Source: an uncultured delta proteobacterium (GTDB lineage: Bacteria > Myxococcota_A > Polyangia > Haliangiales > Haliangiaceae). Taken from it: 64,000 bases of DNA. The position numbers were made by a program, and so were the translations under genes. How positions within the stretch are numbered: position 1 is the stretch's first letter; each line of letters starts with the position of its first letter. The DNA is taken from contig CAVXTW010000015.1 in NCBI GenBank assembly GCA_963764695.1, positions 93,845-157,844 of the forward strand, in the 5' to 3' direction. Shown one piece after another: positions 19,304 through 28,949 of the stretch. Below the pieces are notes generated by a model, which made no database searches, had not been told where the DNA came from, and saw nothing but the letters and a program-made list of their open reading frames with translations.

Positions 19304-22072
19304 TTGCGTAACAGACGGGCTCGATTTCTAGCTTTCACGTTCCTTGCGCTGACGCCAGTGATCGCGCTGGCCGTATTGCTCGGCGAAGGGCGCGTAGCCC
19401 TCGCCCAGGAGAGCAGCGCCATCACCGGTAAGGTCGTTGCTCAATCGACGGGCCAGCCGCTCGTCGGTGCGACCGTATCGGTCAATCCAACCGGAGCCGG
19501 CGTCTTCACCGACGATCAAGGTCGCTTCCAGATCGCGACGCCGCCGGGCAAGTACTCCATCGAGGTCTCGTTCTCCGGCTACGCGCCGCAGACGCAGGAG
19601 GTCGAGATCGGCTCGGGGCCGATCCAGGTCACCATCACGCTCAAGGATGATCCTCGCTACGAGGAGACCATCGTCATCGTCGGCGCGCGCACGCCGCGCT
19701 CGGTGACCAAGTCCCCCGTGCCGATCGACGTCATCACCTCGGAGCAGATCCAGGAGGTCGGCGAGGTCGAGACCAACCAGGTTCTTCGCACGGTGGCGCC
19801 GTCGTACAACGCGGTCCACCAGTCGATCTCCGATGGCACCGATCACATCGATCCGGCCAGCCTCCGCGGCCTGGGTCCGGACCAGACGCTGGTCCTCATC
19901 AACGGCAAGCGCCGCCACTCCAGCGCGCTGGTCAACGTGAACGGCACGTTCGGCCGCGGCACGGTCGGCACCGATCTCAACGCCATCCCGACCACCGCGA
20001 TCGAGCGCATCGAGGTCCTGCGCGACGGCGCCGCCGCCCAGTACGGGTCCGACGCCATCGCCGGCGTCGTCAACATCGAGCTCAAGGAGCAGCCCGGCGT
20101 CGTCGAGGCGACCGCCATGTCCGGCATCACCGCCGAGGGAGATGGCCTCCAGGTGCTGACCGGCGTCAACGGCGGTGTCGCGCTCGGCGAGCGCGGCGTG
20201 CTCAACCTGAGCGCCGAGTTCGTGCAGCGCGGCGCGACCAACCGCGGTGGCAACTACACCGGCGACTTCTACCCGGGTGTCACCGGCCAGGCGGCCACCG
20301 ACGCCGAGCTGGCCGCCAACGGCCTCAGCCGCGAGGATGTCTCGCTCGACATCGGACAGGCCGAGGCCACCGTCGGCATGTTCATGTACAACGCCAGGGT
20401 CCCGTTCGGTAACAACGAGGCGTACAGCTTCGGCGGCCTCACCTATCGCCAGGGCGCGGCGCCCGGCTTCTACCGCCGCCCCAACCAGCTGGATCGCACC
20501 GTGCCCGAGTTCCACGCCGAGAGCGGGTTCCTGCCCACGATCCACCCGACCATCTTCGACTGGTCGGTCGGCGCCGGTGTCCGCACCGACCGCGACTCTT
20601 CCGGCCCGCGCTGGGACGTGTCGGTCAACCACGGCGGCAACATGTACGACTTCCAGATCGAGGACAGCATCAACGCCTCGTACACCCCGGAGAATCCCAA
20701 CTACGGCAAGACCGAGTTCGACTCCGGCGGCTTCAGGTTCCACCAGACCTCGGCCAATGCCGACCTGGTGTTCCCGATCCAGGTCGACGCGCTGAAGAGC
20801 CTGGCGCTCAACGGCGGCGCCGAGTACCGGCTGGAGAGCTACAACATCCACGCCGGCGAGCTGGCCTCGTACGAGTTCGGCGGCAGGACGTACATGGGCA
20901 CGGATGCGGAAGGCATGCCGGTCGAGCTGGCCACCGTGCCCGGCGCGCAGGTGTTCCCCGGCTTCCAGCCGGACAACGAGGTCGACGAGTACCGCAACAG
21001 CGTGGCTGCGTACCTGGGCCTGGAGACCGAGATCAACGACCGCCTCCTTGTCAACGTGGCCGGCCGGTTCGAGAACTTCCAGGACTTCGGCGCGACCGTC
21101 AACGGCAAGGTCGCCGCTCGCCTCGCCATCATCGACCAGCTCGCCGTGCGCGCGGCCGGCAGCACCGGCTTCCGCGCGCCGTCGCTGCATCAGGTGTACT
21201 TCAACAACACCAGCACGCAGTTCGTGGCCGATGAGAACGGCGACCTGGTCCCCCGGCAGGTGCTCACTGTCAACAACGTGGACCAGATCGCCCGCAACTT
21301 CGGCATCCCGGAGCTGGAAGAGGAGACCTCGCTCAACGGCAGCGGCGGCGTGACCATCACGCCGGTCGAGAACTTCTCGCTCACGGCCGACGCCTACTAC
21401 ATCAAGATCGACAACCGGATCGTCCTCACGAGTCAGTTCAGCAGCGCGCTCATGACCGTGTCCGAGGGCGGGCTGCTCCCCGGCGACGTCACCGCGGCGC
21501 AGTTCTTCTCCAACGCGGTCAACACCCAGACCCTCGGCACCGACGTGGTGGCCGACTACTGGACCAACGTGGGCAAGGGGCGGCTCGGCTTGACCGCCGC
21601 CGCCAACTTCACCAGGACCGAGGTCAAGGACGTCAACGTCCCGGAGGGCGTCGCTGAAGTGTTCGGCGACGAGGCCGAGGCGGTGCCGGACATCCTGCTC
21701 AACCGCGAGGAGAAGAACCGCCTCGAGGACGCGCTGCCGCGCCAGAAGGGCCTCCTGCAGGGTCGCTACTCCATCGGGAGCTTCGCCGGCCTGGTGCGCG
21801 GCAACTACTTCGGGCCGGTCAAGTTCAAGACCATCAACCCGGAGAACGACGAGGACTTCGACGCCAAGGTGACCCTCGACGCCGACGTCTCCTACCAGCT
21901 GCCGGCCGGCTTCAAGGTCGCCATCGGGGGCACCAACCTGCTCAACACGTTCCCCGACAAGCAGACGGTCAACGCCAACCTGTCCGACGGCCAGTTCATC
22001 TACAGCCGCCGCGTGACTCAGTTCGGCGTCAACGGCGGCTTCTACTACCTGCGCCTGCAGTACCTGTACTGA
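19304..22072 (+). CDS. TonB-dependent outer-membrane receptor with N-terminal carboxypeptidase-regulatory-like domain
   Basis: TTG start sits 7 nt after an AAGGGGAGG SD and gives the signal peptide MRNRRARFLAFTFLALTPVIALAVLLGEGRVALAQE. ATG at 19238 would add a non-signal 22-aa extension. CarboxypepD_reg-like segment, plug and 22-strand barrel features are present. Confidence 0.85.
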   Translation: MRNRRARFLAFTFLALTPVIALAVLLGEGRVALAQESSAITGKVVAQSTGQPLVGATVSVNPTGAGVFTDDQGRFQIATPPGKYSIEVSFSGYAPQTQEVEIGSGPIQVTITLKDDPRYEETIVIVGARTPRSVTKSPVPIDVITSEQIQEVGEVETNQVLRTVAPSYNAVHQSISDGTDHIDPASLRGLGPDQTLVLINGKRRHSSALVNVNGTFGRGTVGTDLNAIPTTAIERIEVLRDGAAAQYGSDAIAGVVNIELKEQPGVVEATAMSGITAEGDGLQVLTGVNGGVALGERGVLNLSAEFVQRGATNRGGNYTGDFYPGVTGQAATDAELAANGLSREDVSLDIGQAEATVGMFMYNARVPFGNNEAYSFGGLTYRQGAAPGFYRRPNQLDRTVPEFHAESGFLPTIHPTIFDWSVGAGVRTDRDSSGPRWDVSVNHGGNMYDFQIEDSINASYTPENPNYGKTEFDSGGFRFHQTSANADLVFPIQVDALKSLALNGGAEYRLESYNIHAGELASYEFGGRTYMGTDAEGMPVELATVPGAQVFPGFQPDNEVDEYRNSVAAYLGLETEINDRLLVNVAGRFENFQDFGATVNGKVAARLAIIDQLAVRAAGSTGFRAPSLHQVYFNNTSTQFVADENGDLVPRQVLTVNNVDQIARNFGIPELEEETSLNGSGGVTITPVENFSLTADAYYIKIDNRIVLTSQFSSALMTVSEGGLLPGDVTAAQFFSNAVNTQTLGTDVVADYWTNVGKGRLGLTAAANFTRTEVKDVNVPEGVAEVFGDEAEAVPDILLNREEKNRLEDALPRQKGLLQGRYSIGSFAGLVRGNYFGPVKFKTINPENDEDFDAKVTLDADVSYQLPAGFKVAIGGTNLLNTFPDKQTVNANLSDGQFIYSRRVTQFGVNGGFYYLRLQYLY

Positions 22073-22094
22073 GCCTGATCTGACAGACCGAGCA

Positions 22095-22135
22095 CGGCAC
22101 GGGCACCGCGCAGGGGTGTCCGTGCCGTTGCCTTC
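22095..22135 (+). terminator. Hairpin downstream of the TonB-dependent receptor gene (candidate intrinsic terminator)
   Basis: CGGCACGGGCACC-gcgcagg-GGTGTCCGTGCCG forms a 13-bp stem with one mismatch, followed by TTGCCTTCG. It lies 23 nt after the stop. Confidence 0.4.
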
Positions 22136-22155
22136 GCCCCGGTTACCATTGCCTG

Positions 22156-22959
22156 ATGGCACAGGCAGACGGCGCCGCCGGGCGCAAGCGTAACGGGCCG
22201 AAGAGCTACCTCATCGACATGGACGGCGTGCTGGTCCATGGACGAAGGGCGATCCCGGGTGCTTCCGAGTTCCTCGCGCGGCTGCGCGCCGCCGGCTCGA
22301 AGTACCTGGTGCTGACGAACAACTCGATGTACACGCCGGGCGATCTCGCGCACCGGCTGCGCGCGTCGGGGCTGGAGGCGTCGCCGGACCACATCTTCAC
22401 CTCGGCGATGGCCACCGCGGCGTTCCTGCGCTCGCAGTGCCCGTCGGGCGGCACCGCGTTCGTCATCGGCGAGAGCGGCCTGACCGAGGCGATGCACCAG
22501 GCCGGCTTCGTCATCACCGACACGGTCGTCCAGTACGTCGTGCTGGGCGAGACGCACGCCTACAACCTGGACACAATCACGCGCGGCATCCAGCTCATCG
22601 CCGACGGCGCCCACTTCATCGCCACCAACCCGGACGCGGCGTTCCCGCGCGACGCCGGCATGACCCCGGCGTGCGGCGCGATGGCGGCGCTGATGGAGAA
22701 GGCCAGCGGCGTGCCCGCCTTCTTCATCGGCAAGCCGAATCCATTGATGATGCGCACCGCCCTCAACCACCTGGACGTGCACTCCGAGCACACCGTCATG
22801 GTCGGCGACAACATGACCACCGACATCATCGGCGGCGTGCAGGCCGGCATGGAGACGGTGCTGGTGCTGTCGGGCGTGACCACGCGGGCCAGCGTGGCGC
22901 GCTACGCGTATCAGCCCAGCCACATCGTGGAGTCGGTCGCGAGCCTCCCGATCGAGTGA
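22156..22959 (+). CDS. HAD-superfamily hydrolase, subfamily IIA (NagD/UMP-phosphatase-like)
   Basis: Motif I YLIDMDGVL, motif II LTNNS, and GDNMTTDIIGG. Confidence 0.8.
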   Translation: MAQADGAAGRKRNGPKSYLIDMDGVLVHGRRAIPGASEFLARLRAAGSKYLVLTNNSMYTPGDLAHRLRASGLEASPDHIFTSAMATAAFLRSQCPSGGTAFVIGESGLTEAMHQAGFVITDTVVQYVVLGETHAYNLDTITRGIQLIADGAHFIATNPDAAFPRDAGMTPACGAMAALMEKASGVPAFFIGKPNPLMMRTALNHLDVHSEHTVMVGDNMTTDIIGGVQAGMETVLVLSGVTTRASVARYAYQPSHIVESVASLPIE

Positions 22960-22981
22960 CGAGCGCGATGGCCCCGCCGCG

Positions 22982-23533
22982 TCACAGCTTGCTGAAGTCG
23001 AGCGGGCGGCCCTGCGCGAACCGCTTCTGCAGCCGGCCGAGCACGATGTCCCAGGCCCTGTCGAAGTAGGCCCGCATGCCCTCCCAGTCGCGGCCCTCGC
23101 CGTCCCAGTCGAGCTGATGCAGGACGACCCTGGTCGAGCGCGGCCCGAGGCGCGCGATCTGCACCACCACCGTGCTGGACGGCCCGCGCTTGCGGATGTC
23201 GGGGAAGTCGGGCGGCGCGCTCCACTCGAACGAGATCATCTCGCCCGGCACGAACGACAGCACGTGCAGCCCCTCGGCGCCGCGCAGGCCGGGCGGGGCG
23301 TCGGGCGCGAACCAGATCTCGAAAGCGCCGCCGCGCCTGAGCTCGACCTCGGCCCTGGGCGCGAAGAATGTCTGGATGCCGGAGCTGGTGGTCCAGGCGG
23401 CCCACACGTCTGCCGCCGGCGCGGCGACCACGACCTCCTTGCGCAGGGCTCGCGGCCGGTCGGCCCAGGCCGGGGCGGAGAGCGCGAGCGCGACCAGCGC
23501 CACCAGCGCCGCGAGCGCGGCCAGGCGGGTCAT
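22982..23533 (-). CDS. Secreted SRPBCC-superfamily (AHSA1/polyketide-cyclase-like) protein
   Basis: Internal ATG at 23533 has a GGGAGGTG SD. Signal peptide MTRLAALAALVALVALALSAPAWA. The 300-aa track ORF extension is Arg-rich shadow sequence. 4-nt overlap with the upstream gene. Confidence 0.65.
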   Translation of the reverse strand: MTRLAALAALVALVALALSAPAWADRPRALRKEVVVAAPAADVWAAWTTSSGIQTFFAPRAEVELRRGGAFEIWFAPDAPPGLRGAEGLHVLSFVPGEMISFEWSAPPDFPDIRKRGPSSTVVVQIARLGPRSTRVVLHQLDWDGEGRDWEGMRAYFDRAWDIVLGRLQKRFAQGRPLDFSKL

Positions 23534-24003
23534 CGCGACACCTCCCGCGCGAGGTGATCCGCCATCCAGCCGAGCACTCGCTTCCATCCGTCGTCGATCC
23601 CGTCGCGCGCTTCGGCGTTGGCGAACTGGCCGCGGTGCACCACGACGACGCGCGCGCCGCCCGACGTGGCCTGGATCTCGATGCGGACGACGCTGGGCCG
23701 GAACTCCTCCCAGCTGGCCAGCCAGGTGAACTCGAGCAGGTGGGGCGGCTCGATCGCGCGATACTCGCCGCCCACCGTCGACAGCTTCTGATCGGCGGTC
23801 GTGCGCGCCGAGCAGCTCCACTTGCCGCCCGGCCGCAGATCGACCGACCAGTCGAACGTCTGATACAGCTCCGGCGAGCCCCACCAGGCGGCCAGCTCGC
23901 CCGGCTGGGTCAGCGCGCGAAACACGCGCTCCGGCGGAGCGGCGATGTTGACAACGGCGTGCACGGTACCCTCGATCACCTCGCCGACAGCGGTTGCGCT
24001 CAT
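23530..24003 (-). CDS. SRPBCC-superfamily protein (activator of Hsp90 ATPase homologue-like, AHSA1 domain)
   Basis: 157 aa with an AHSA1-like pattern (AAPPERVFRALTQPGELAAWWG...). It overlaps the ArsR gene by 4 nt (ATGA). Confidence 0.7.
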   Translation of the reverse strand: MSATAVGEVIEGTVHAVVNIAAPPERVFRALTQPGELAAWWGSPELYQTFDWSVDLRPGGKWSCSARTTADQKLSTVGGEYRAIEPPHLLEFTWLASWEEFRPSVVRIEIQATSGGARVVVVHRGQFANAEARDGIDDGWKRVLGWMADHLAREVSR

Positions 24004-24308
24004 GACTCGTCTCCTTCGATGTGCTGTTTCAGTCGGGTGAGGCTGGCCTGCCAGAACGTGCGATAGGTCTCGACCCAGTGATGGACGCGCTCGAGCGGCG
24101 CCGGCGTGAGCTCGTAGATCCGCTGGCGACCGGAGCGATGCTCCCGGATCAGCCGCGCCTCGCGCAGGACGCGAAGGTGCTTGGACACGGCCGGGCGGCT
24201 CATGTCGAAGTGCGCCGCGATCTCGTTGACCGGCGCCCCGCCGTCGCGAAGCCGGTCGAGGATCGCGCGGCGGGTCGGGTCGGAGACGGCGCGGAAGGCG
24301 TCGGCCAT
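24000..24308 (-). CDS. ArsR/SmtB-family winged-helix transcriptional regulator
   Basis: Internal ATG gives MADAFRAVSDPTRRAILDRL..., a canonical ArsR N-terminus and HTH (MSRPAVSKHLRVLREARLI). The 190-aa track ORF extension upstream is non-coding-like. Confidence 0.8.
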   Translation of the reverse strand: MADAFRAVSDPTRRAILDRLRDGGAPVNEIAAHFDMSRPAVSKHLRVLREARLIREHRSGRQRIYELTPAPLERVHHWVETYRTFWQASLTRLKQHIEGDES

Positions 24309-24310
24309 AT

Positions 24311-24328
24311 CGGTAACTGAATGGTTAC
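24311..24328. promoter_or_regulatory. Perfect inverted repeat GGTAAC-N6-GTTACC, candidate ArsR-family operator
   Basis: GGTAACtgaatgGTTACC lies 3 nt upstream of the ArsR start codon, in an AT-richer divergent intergenic region shared with the helicase gene. Confidence 0.4.
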
Positions 24329-24470
24329 CTATTTTCCAGATGTGGTCAAGCGACTCCGAGCGGCGCTCGCACCTCGAGCACCTCGAGCGGCTGCCTTTAT
24401 GGAGCCCTTCGGTGCGGAGTCCGGTATCGTCGGAGGCTCCCCGCCCCCCCGGCGAAGGCAGCCTCACGAT

Positions 24471-27400
24471 ATGTCCAGCCGTACCACCATCGCCAAGGCT
24501 CGCAAGCGGATCGCGAGCGTCTTCACGTATCTGCAGGAGCTCCACCGCGTCCGCACGCCGCCCATCGTCCACCTCGATCGCTATCCCTGGCGGCTGCGCC
24601 TCGCCGACGTGACCGCCGGAGACACGATCGACTGGGGCGCGCGACTGGCGGCGTTCAGCGGCGGGCGATCGAGCTGGAACGCGGCCGACGAGTTCCTGCT
24701 CCGGGTCGGCCGGCCCGAGGAAGTGCCCTGCCCCGAACCGCCCGACATGATCCGCGAGCGGCTGGCCACCGGCTGGGAGCTGCCGTCGGGCGCGCCGCGC
24801 CTGCGCACGTCACCGGCGGTCGTTGCCGACGACGGCTCCGAGGCGCTTCGCCAGGCCGACGCGCGCCAGGAGGCGTTCGAGCGCTGGGCCTCGCAGCGCG
24901 AGCACTGGATGCGGCAGCAGGAGCCGCTGGCGCTGTTCCTGCGCCTCTACGATCTGTGGTCGCAGTTCGAGCGCGAGTCGGAGAAGTACCAGCTCTACTT
25001 CGGCGACGGCATCCTGGTCAACGACGACGAGGAGGTCGAGCACCCGCTGCTCCTGCAGCGCCTCGAGCTGCGCTTCGATCCCGGCATCCCGGCCTTCACC
25101 GTCACCGAGTCCGACGACGAGGCGGTGCTTTACTCGCCGATGCTGCGCCACCTCATGGTCGACGGGCGCACTCTCTTGCAGCTGCAGCAGGAGTTCAGCC
25201 AGCAGGGCTGCGATCCGCTGGCCGGCGAGGGGACCGATCACTTCCTCAAGACGCTGGTGCACAAGCTGTGGCCCGGCGGCACGCTGTATCCGGATCGCGA
25301 GGCGGCCGCGGCCGCGTCAGGTCCGCGCATCTACCGCGACCCGACGCTCTATCTCGGGCGCCGCAGCCAGGACTTCGCCGGCGCGGTCGACCGCTACCTC
25401 GAGTCGCTGAACCAGGAGAAGGAGCTGCCGCGCGCTCTTTTGCGCGTGGTCGGCATCGACACCGACGAGGAGCAGGTCGAGCCGCCGGCGCGCGACGTCG
25501 ATCTATTGCTCACGCGGCCGGCCAACCCGGAGCAGCGCAGGGTCATCCGGCGCCTGGAGGAGACCGGCGCCGTCATCGTCCAGGGCCCGCCCGGCACCGG
25601 CAAGAGCCACACCATCGCCAACTTGATCGGGCACCTCCTGGCCCAGAACAAGTCGATCCTGGTCACCAGCCACGCGTCCAAGGCGCTGCGGGTGGTGCGC
25701 GAGCAGGTCGCGGCGCCGCTGCAGTCGCTTTGCGTGAGCGTGCTCGACAGCGACGGCGAGAGCGCCAAGCAGCTCGAGGAGTCGATCACCGGCATCCTCA
25801 ACTACTTCTCGCTGACAACGCGCCAGGACCTCGAGGCCGACATCGAGAAGCTGGGCGCCGTGCGCGATCAGCTGGCCGGGCGCTGCGAGGCGCTCACCGC
25901 GCAGCTGCGCGCGGCGGTGGCCGGCGAGTACGGATCGATCGAGGTCGACGGCGAGAGCGCCGCCACCACCGAGGTGGTCGCCGAGCTTGTCGGCGCGCGC
26001 GGCCAGCACGACTGGCTGCCCGGTCCGGTCGCCGACGCGCCGCTGCCGCTCGAGGACGATGAGGTGTCGGAGCTCTACCGGGCGGTCGCCGCCATCACGG
26101 CGGACGACGAGCGCGGGCGAAACCTCGTGGTCCCTGACCTGACCCGGCTGCCGGATCCGGACGCCTTCGCCGAGCTGTGCAACGCTCGCACGCGCGCGGC
26201 CACGCCCGAGGCGGTGCAGACCAGCGCGCTGTGGCGGCACGGCGATCAGCGGCCGCAGCAGCTCGACGAGCTGGCCGGCCTGGTGCAGGAAGCCGCGGCC
26301 ATCTTCGCCGAGCCGCAGCCGTGGCTGCTCGAGTGCCTGTCCGACGGACAGCGCAGCACCGACGCGGCCGAGCCGTGGCGCGAGCTGTGCGATCTGATCG
26401 ACGACGCGGCCTCCGGCATCCCGCCGCGCCTGGCCGCGGTCCTGCACTACGGCCCGCACGTGACGACCGACCTGCCGGTGGCCGAGGGGATCGAGATCTG
26501 CTCGCAGATCATCGCGCACCTGTCGGCCGGCAAGCGTCTGGGCGTGGTCACGTCCATGCTCAAGCCGCAGTGGCAGGCGTTCGTGCGCGGCTGCCGCACC
26601 GACGCCGGGCCGCCCGAGACGGCCGAGCAGTTCCAGGCGGTGCGCTCGCTGCTCGAGATCGCGGCCATCCGGGCGTCGCTGGTGCGCCGCTGGGACCGCC
26701 AGATGCCGCAGCTGGGCGCGCCGACCGGGCAATCGCTGGGCGCCGAGCCGGAGAAGGCTGCCCGGCCGTACGCCGAGGCGATCCGCCGCGCCCTGGACTG
26801 GGGCGTCGAGCGGCTGCGCCCGTGCGAGCGCCGGCTCGTCGCGGCCGGGCTCGACTGGGCCGCGGTGATGCGGCAGACGCCGGTCCCGGTCACGATGCAC
26901 GGGGCGGTCTTGCAGCTGCGCGCGATGCTCGTCGACCGCGTGCCGCGCCTGCTCGCCGCGCGCCGCCACTACGTCACCGCCGAGCGCCTGGCCGCCAGCC
27001 GCGACACCTGGCTGACCTTCCTGGCCGCCGAGGCGGAGCGGGACGGCGACCCGGAGCTGGTCCGCGCCATGACCGACTCGATCCTCAACCGCGCGCGGGC
27101 GAGCTACGCGACGGCGTGGCAGCGGGCGAAGCGGCTGGCCGATGTCGGCCCGGCCATCGGGCGGCGCGACGAGCTGCTGGCGCGCATCGAGCCGCTGGCC
27201 CCGGCGTGGGCCCAGGCGCTGCGCGAGCGGCACATGCCTCACGCGGCCGGCGGCCTGCCCGGCGCCGGCGACCCGCAGGCCGCCTGGACCTACCGGCGCT
27301 GGGCGCAGAAGCTGGCCAGCGCCACCGCCAGCGACGTCGACGCGCTGCAGATCGAGGTAAACCGGGTCAGCGGCGAGCTGCAGGACGTGACCGCGGCGTT

Positions 27401-28949
27401 CGTGGAGAAGCTGGCCTGGCGGGCGCAGTTCGAGCGCACCGGTCTCGAGGAGCAGCAGGCCCTGGCCGGCTGGCTGGCGCTGCACAAGAAGATCGGCAAG
27501 GGCAGCGGCAAGAACGCGGCGCGGTTGAAAGAAGAAGCGCGGCGCACGCTGGTCAAGTGCCGCGAGGCGGTGCCGGTCTGGATCATGCCGATGTCGCGCG
27601 TGATGGACAGCTTCGACATCGCGACGACCAAGTTCGACGTGGTCATCCTCGACGAGGCCAGCCAGTGCGACGTGACCGGGCTGGCCTGCTTCGCGATGGG
27701 GCGCGAGGTGGCGGTCGTCGGCGACCACGAGCAGGTGAGCCCGTACGGCGTGGGCCACCGCATCGACAAGATCCAGGGCCTGATCGACGAGCTGCTCGAC
27801 GACATCCCGAACAAGCAGCTCTACGACGGCCGCACGTCGGTCTACGATCTGGCCCGGCAGTCGTTCGGCGGCGCCATCCGGCTGCTCGAGCACTTCCGCT
27901 GCGTGCCGGAGATCATCCAGTTCAGCAACCTGCTGGCGTATGCCGGGGAGATCCGGCCGCTGCGCGAGGCGTCGTCGGCGCGGGTGCGCCCCGCCCTGCT
28001 GGTCCACCAGGTGGCCAGCGGCGAGAAGGTCGACCGGGTCAACGAGGAGGAGGCGCGCGAGATCGCGGCGCTGGTGGCGGCGATCTGCGAGATGCCGGAG
28101 TACGAGGACTGCACCATCGGCGTCATCTCCATGGTCGGCACCGACCAGGCGGTGTTCATCGACGCGCTCCTGCGCCAGCACCTGCCCGCCGCCGAGTACC
28201 GCCGCCGCCGGCTGCTGTGCGGAAACGCGTCGCAGTTCCAGGGCGACGAGCGCGACATCATCTTCCTGTCGCTGGTGGACTCGCCCGCGACCGACAAGCG
28301 CCTGCCCATCCTGCGCCGCGACGACGCCAAGAAGGTCTTCAACGTGGCGGCGTCGCGGGCGCGCGATCAGCTGTGGGTGGTGCACTCGCTCGATCCGGCG
28401 CGCGATCTCAAGCCGGACGACCTGCGCCTCCGGCTGATCGGCCACGCGGCGGCGCCGGGCTGGAAGGCGGCCGAGCAGCAGCTGCGCACCGGCGCGCGGC
28501 CTCCGTCGGGCGTGGAGCGCACCCTGGTCGAGGCGCTGCGCGGACGCGACTACAGCGCCAGCCTGCACGTGCCGATCGGCGACCACGTCATCGACGTCGT
28601 GGCCGAGGGGCGCGACGGCGACCGCGTGGCCATCCAGTGCGACGGCGGGCGCGAGCAGAGCGACGATCAGATGGCCGGCGCGGTCGAGCGCCAGCTCACG
28701 CTCGAGCGCCTGGGCTGGCGCTTCATCCGCGTGCGGGCCAGCGCGTTCTCGCTCGCGCCGGAGGAGACGATCGATCGCGTGTGCGCGCGCCTGACCGAGC
28801 TGGGCATCACCCCGGCCGGGACGCGCGCCGCGCGCGCCGATCGCGCCCCGACCGGCGACCTCGAGGCCCGCGTGCGCGGCCGCGCCGAGCAGATCCGGCG
28901 CGGCGCCCGTGGCAACCTGCGCGCCATCTCCAGCGCCGACGCCGGCTGA
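24471..28949 (+). CDS. Giant SF1 (Upf1/DNA2-like, AAA_11/AAA_12) helicase fused to a C-terminal DUF559/Vsr-like PD-(D/E)xK nuclease-fold domain (DUF4011-helicase-type architecture)
   Basis: Walker A VIVQGPPGTGKSHTIANLI, Walker B DVVILDEASQ, GDHEQVSPY, RCVPEIIQFSNLLAY, IGVISMV, QGDERDIIFLS and VAASRARDQL. C-terminus has DUF559-like VAIQCDGG...RQLTLERLGWRFIRV. Start is uncertain between ATG 24471 (chosen), 24399 and 24321. Confidence 0.8.
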   Translation: MSSRTTIAKARKRIASVFTYLQELHRVRTPPIVHLDRYPWRLRLADVTAGDTIDWGARLAAFSGGRSSWNAADEFLLRVGRPEEVPCPEPPDMIRERLATGWELPSGAPRLRTSPAVVADDGSEALRQADARQEAFERWASQREHWMRQQEPLALFLRLYDLWSQFERESEKYQLYFGDGILVNDDEEVEHPLLLQRLELRFDPGIPAFTVTESDDEAVLYSPMLRHLMVDGRTLLQLQQEFSQQGCDPLAGEGTDHFLKTLVHKLWPGGTLYPDREAAAAASGPRIYRDPTLYLGRRSQDFAGAVDRYLESLNQEKELPRALLRVVGIDTDEEQVEPPARDVDLLLTRPANPEQRRVIRRLEETGAVIVQGPPGTGKSHTIANLIGHLLAQNKSILVTSHASKALRVVREQVAAPLQSLCVSVLDSDGESAKQLEESITGILNYFSLTTRQDLEADIEKLGAVRDQLAGRCEALTAQLRAAVAGEYGSIEVDGESAATTEVVAELVGARGQHDWLPGPVADAPLPLEDDEVSELYRAVAAITADDERGRNLVVPDLTRLPDPDAFAELCNARTRAATPEAVQTSALWRHGDQRPQQLDELAGLVQEAAAIFAEPQPWLLECLSDGQRSTDAAEPWRELCDLIDDAASGIPPRLAAVLHYGPHVTTDLPVAEGIEICSQIIAHLSAGKRLGVVTSMLKPQWQAFVRGCRTDAGPPETAEQFQAVRSLLEIAAIRASLVRRWDRQMPQLGAPTGQSLGAEPEKAARPYAEAIRRALDWGVERLRPCERRLVAAGLDWAAVMRQTPVPVTMHGAVLQLRAMLVDRVPRLLAARRHYVTAERLAASRDTWLTFLAAEAERDGDPELVRAMTDSILNRARASYATAWQRAKRLADVGPAIGRRDELLARIEPLAPAWAQALRERHMPHAAGGLPGAGDPQAAWTYRRWAQKLASATASDVDALQIEVNRVSGELQDVTAAFVEKLAWRAQFERTGLEEQQALAGWLALHKKIGKGSGKNAARLKEEARRTLVKCREAVPVWIMPMSRVMDSFDIATTKFDVVILDEASQCDVTGLACFAMGREVAVVGDHEQVSPYGVGHRIDKIQGLIDELLDDIPNKQLYDGRTSVYDLARQSFGGAIRLLEHFRCVPEIIQFSNLLAYAGEIRPLREASSARVRPALLVHQVASGEKVDRVNEEEAREIAALVAAICEMPEYEDCTIGVISMVGTDQAVFIDALLRQHLPAAEYRRRRLLCGNASQFQGDERDIIFLSLVDSPATDKRLPILRRDDAKKVFNVAASRARDQLWVVHSLDPARDLKPDDLRLRLIGHAAAPGWKAAEQQLRTGARPPSGVERTLVEALRGRDYSASLHVPIGDHVIDVVAEGRDGDRVAIQCDGGREQSDDQMAGAVERQLTLERLGWRFIRVRASAFSLAPEETIDRVCARLTELGITPAGTRAARADRAPTGDLEARVRGRAEQIRRGARGNLRAISSADAG

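Noticed and set aside
16613-22162. ORFs 16613-19012(+) and 19328-22162(-)
   Set aside because: They are antisense to the kinase-TonB gene and to the TonB-dependent receptor, both of which have unambiguous motifs.
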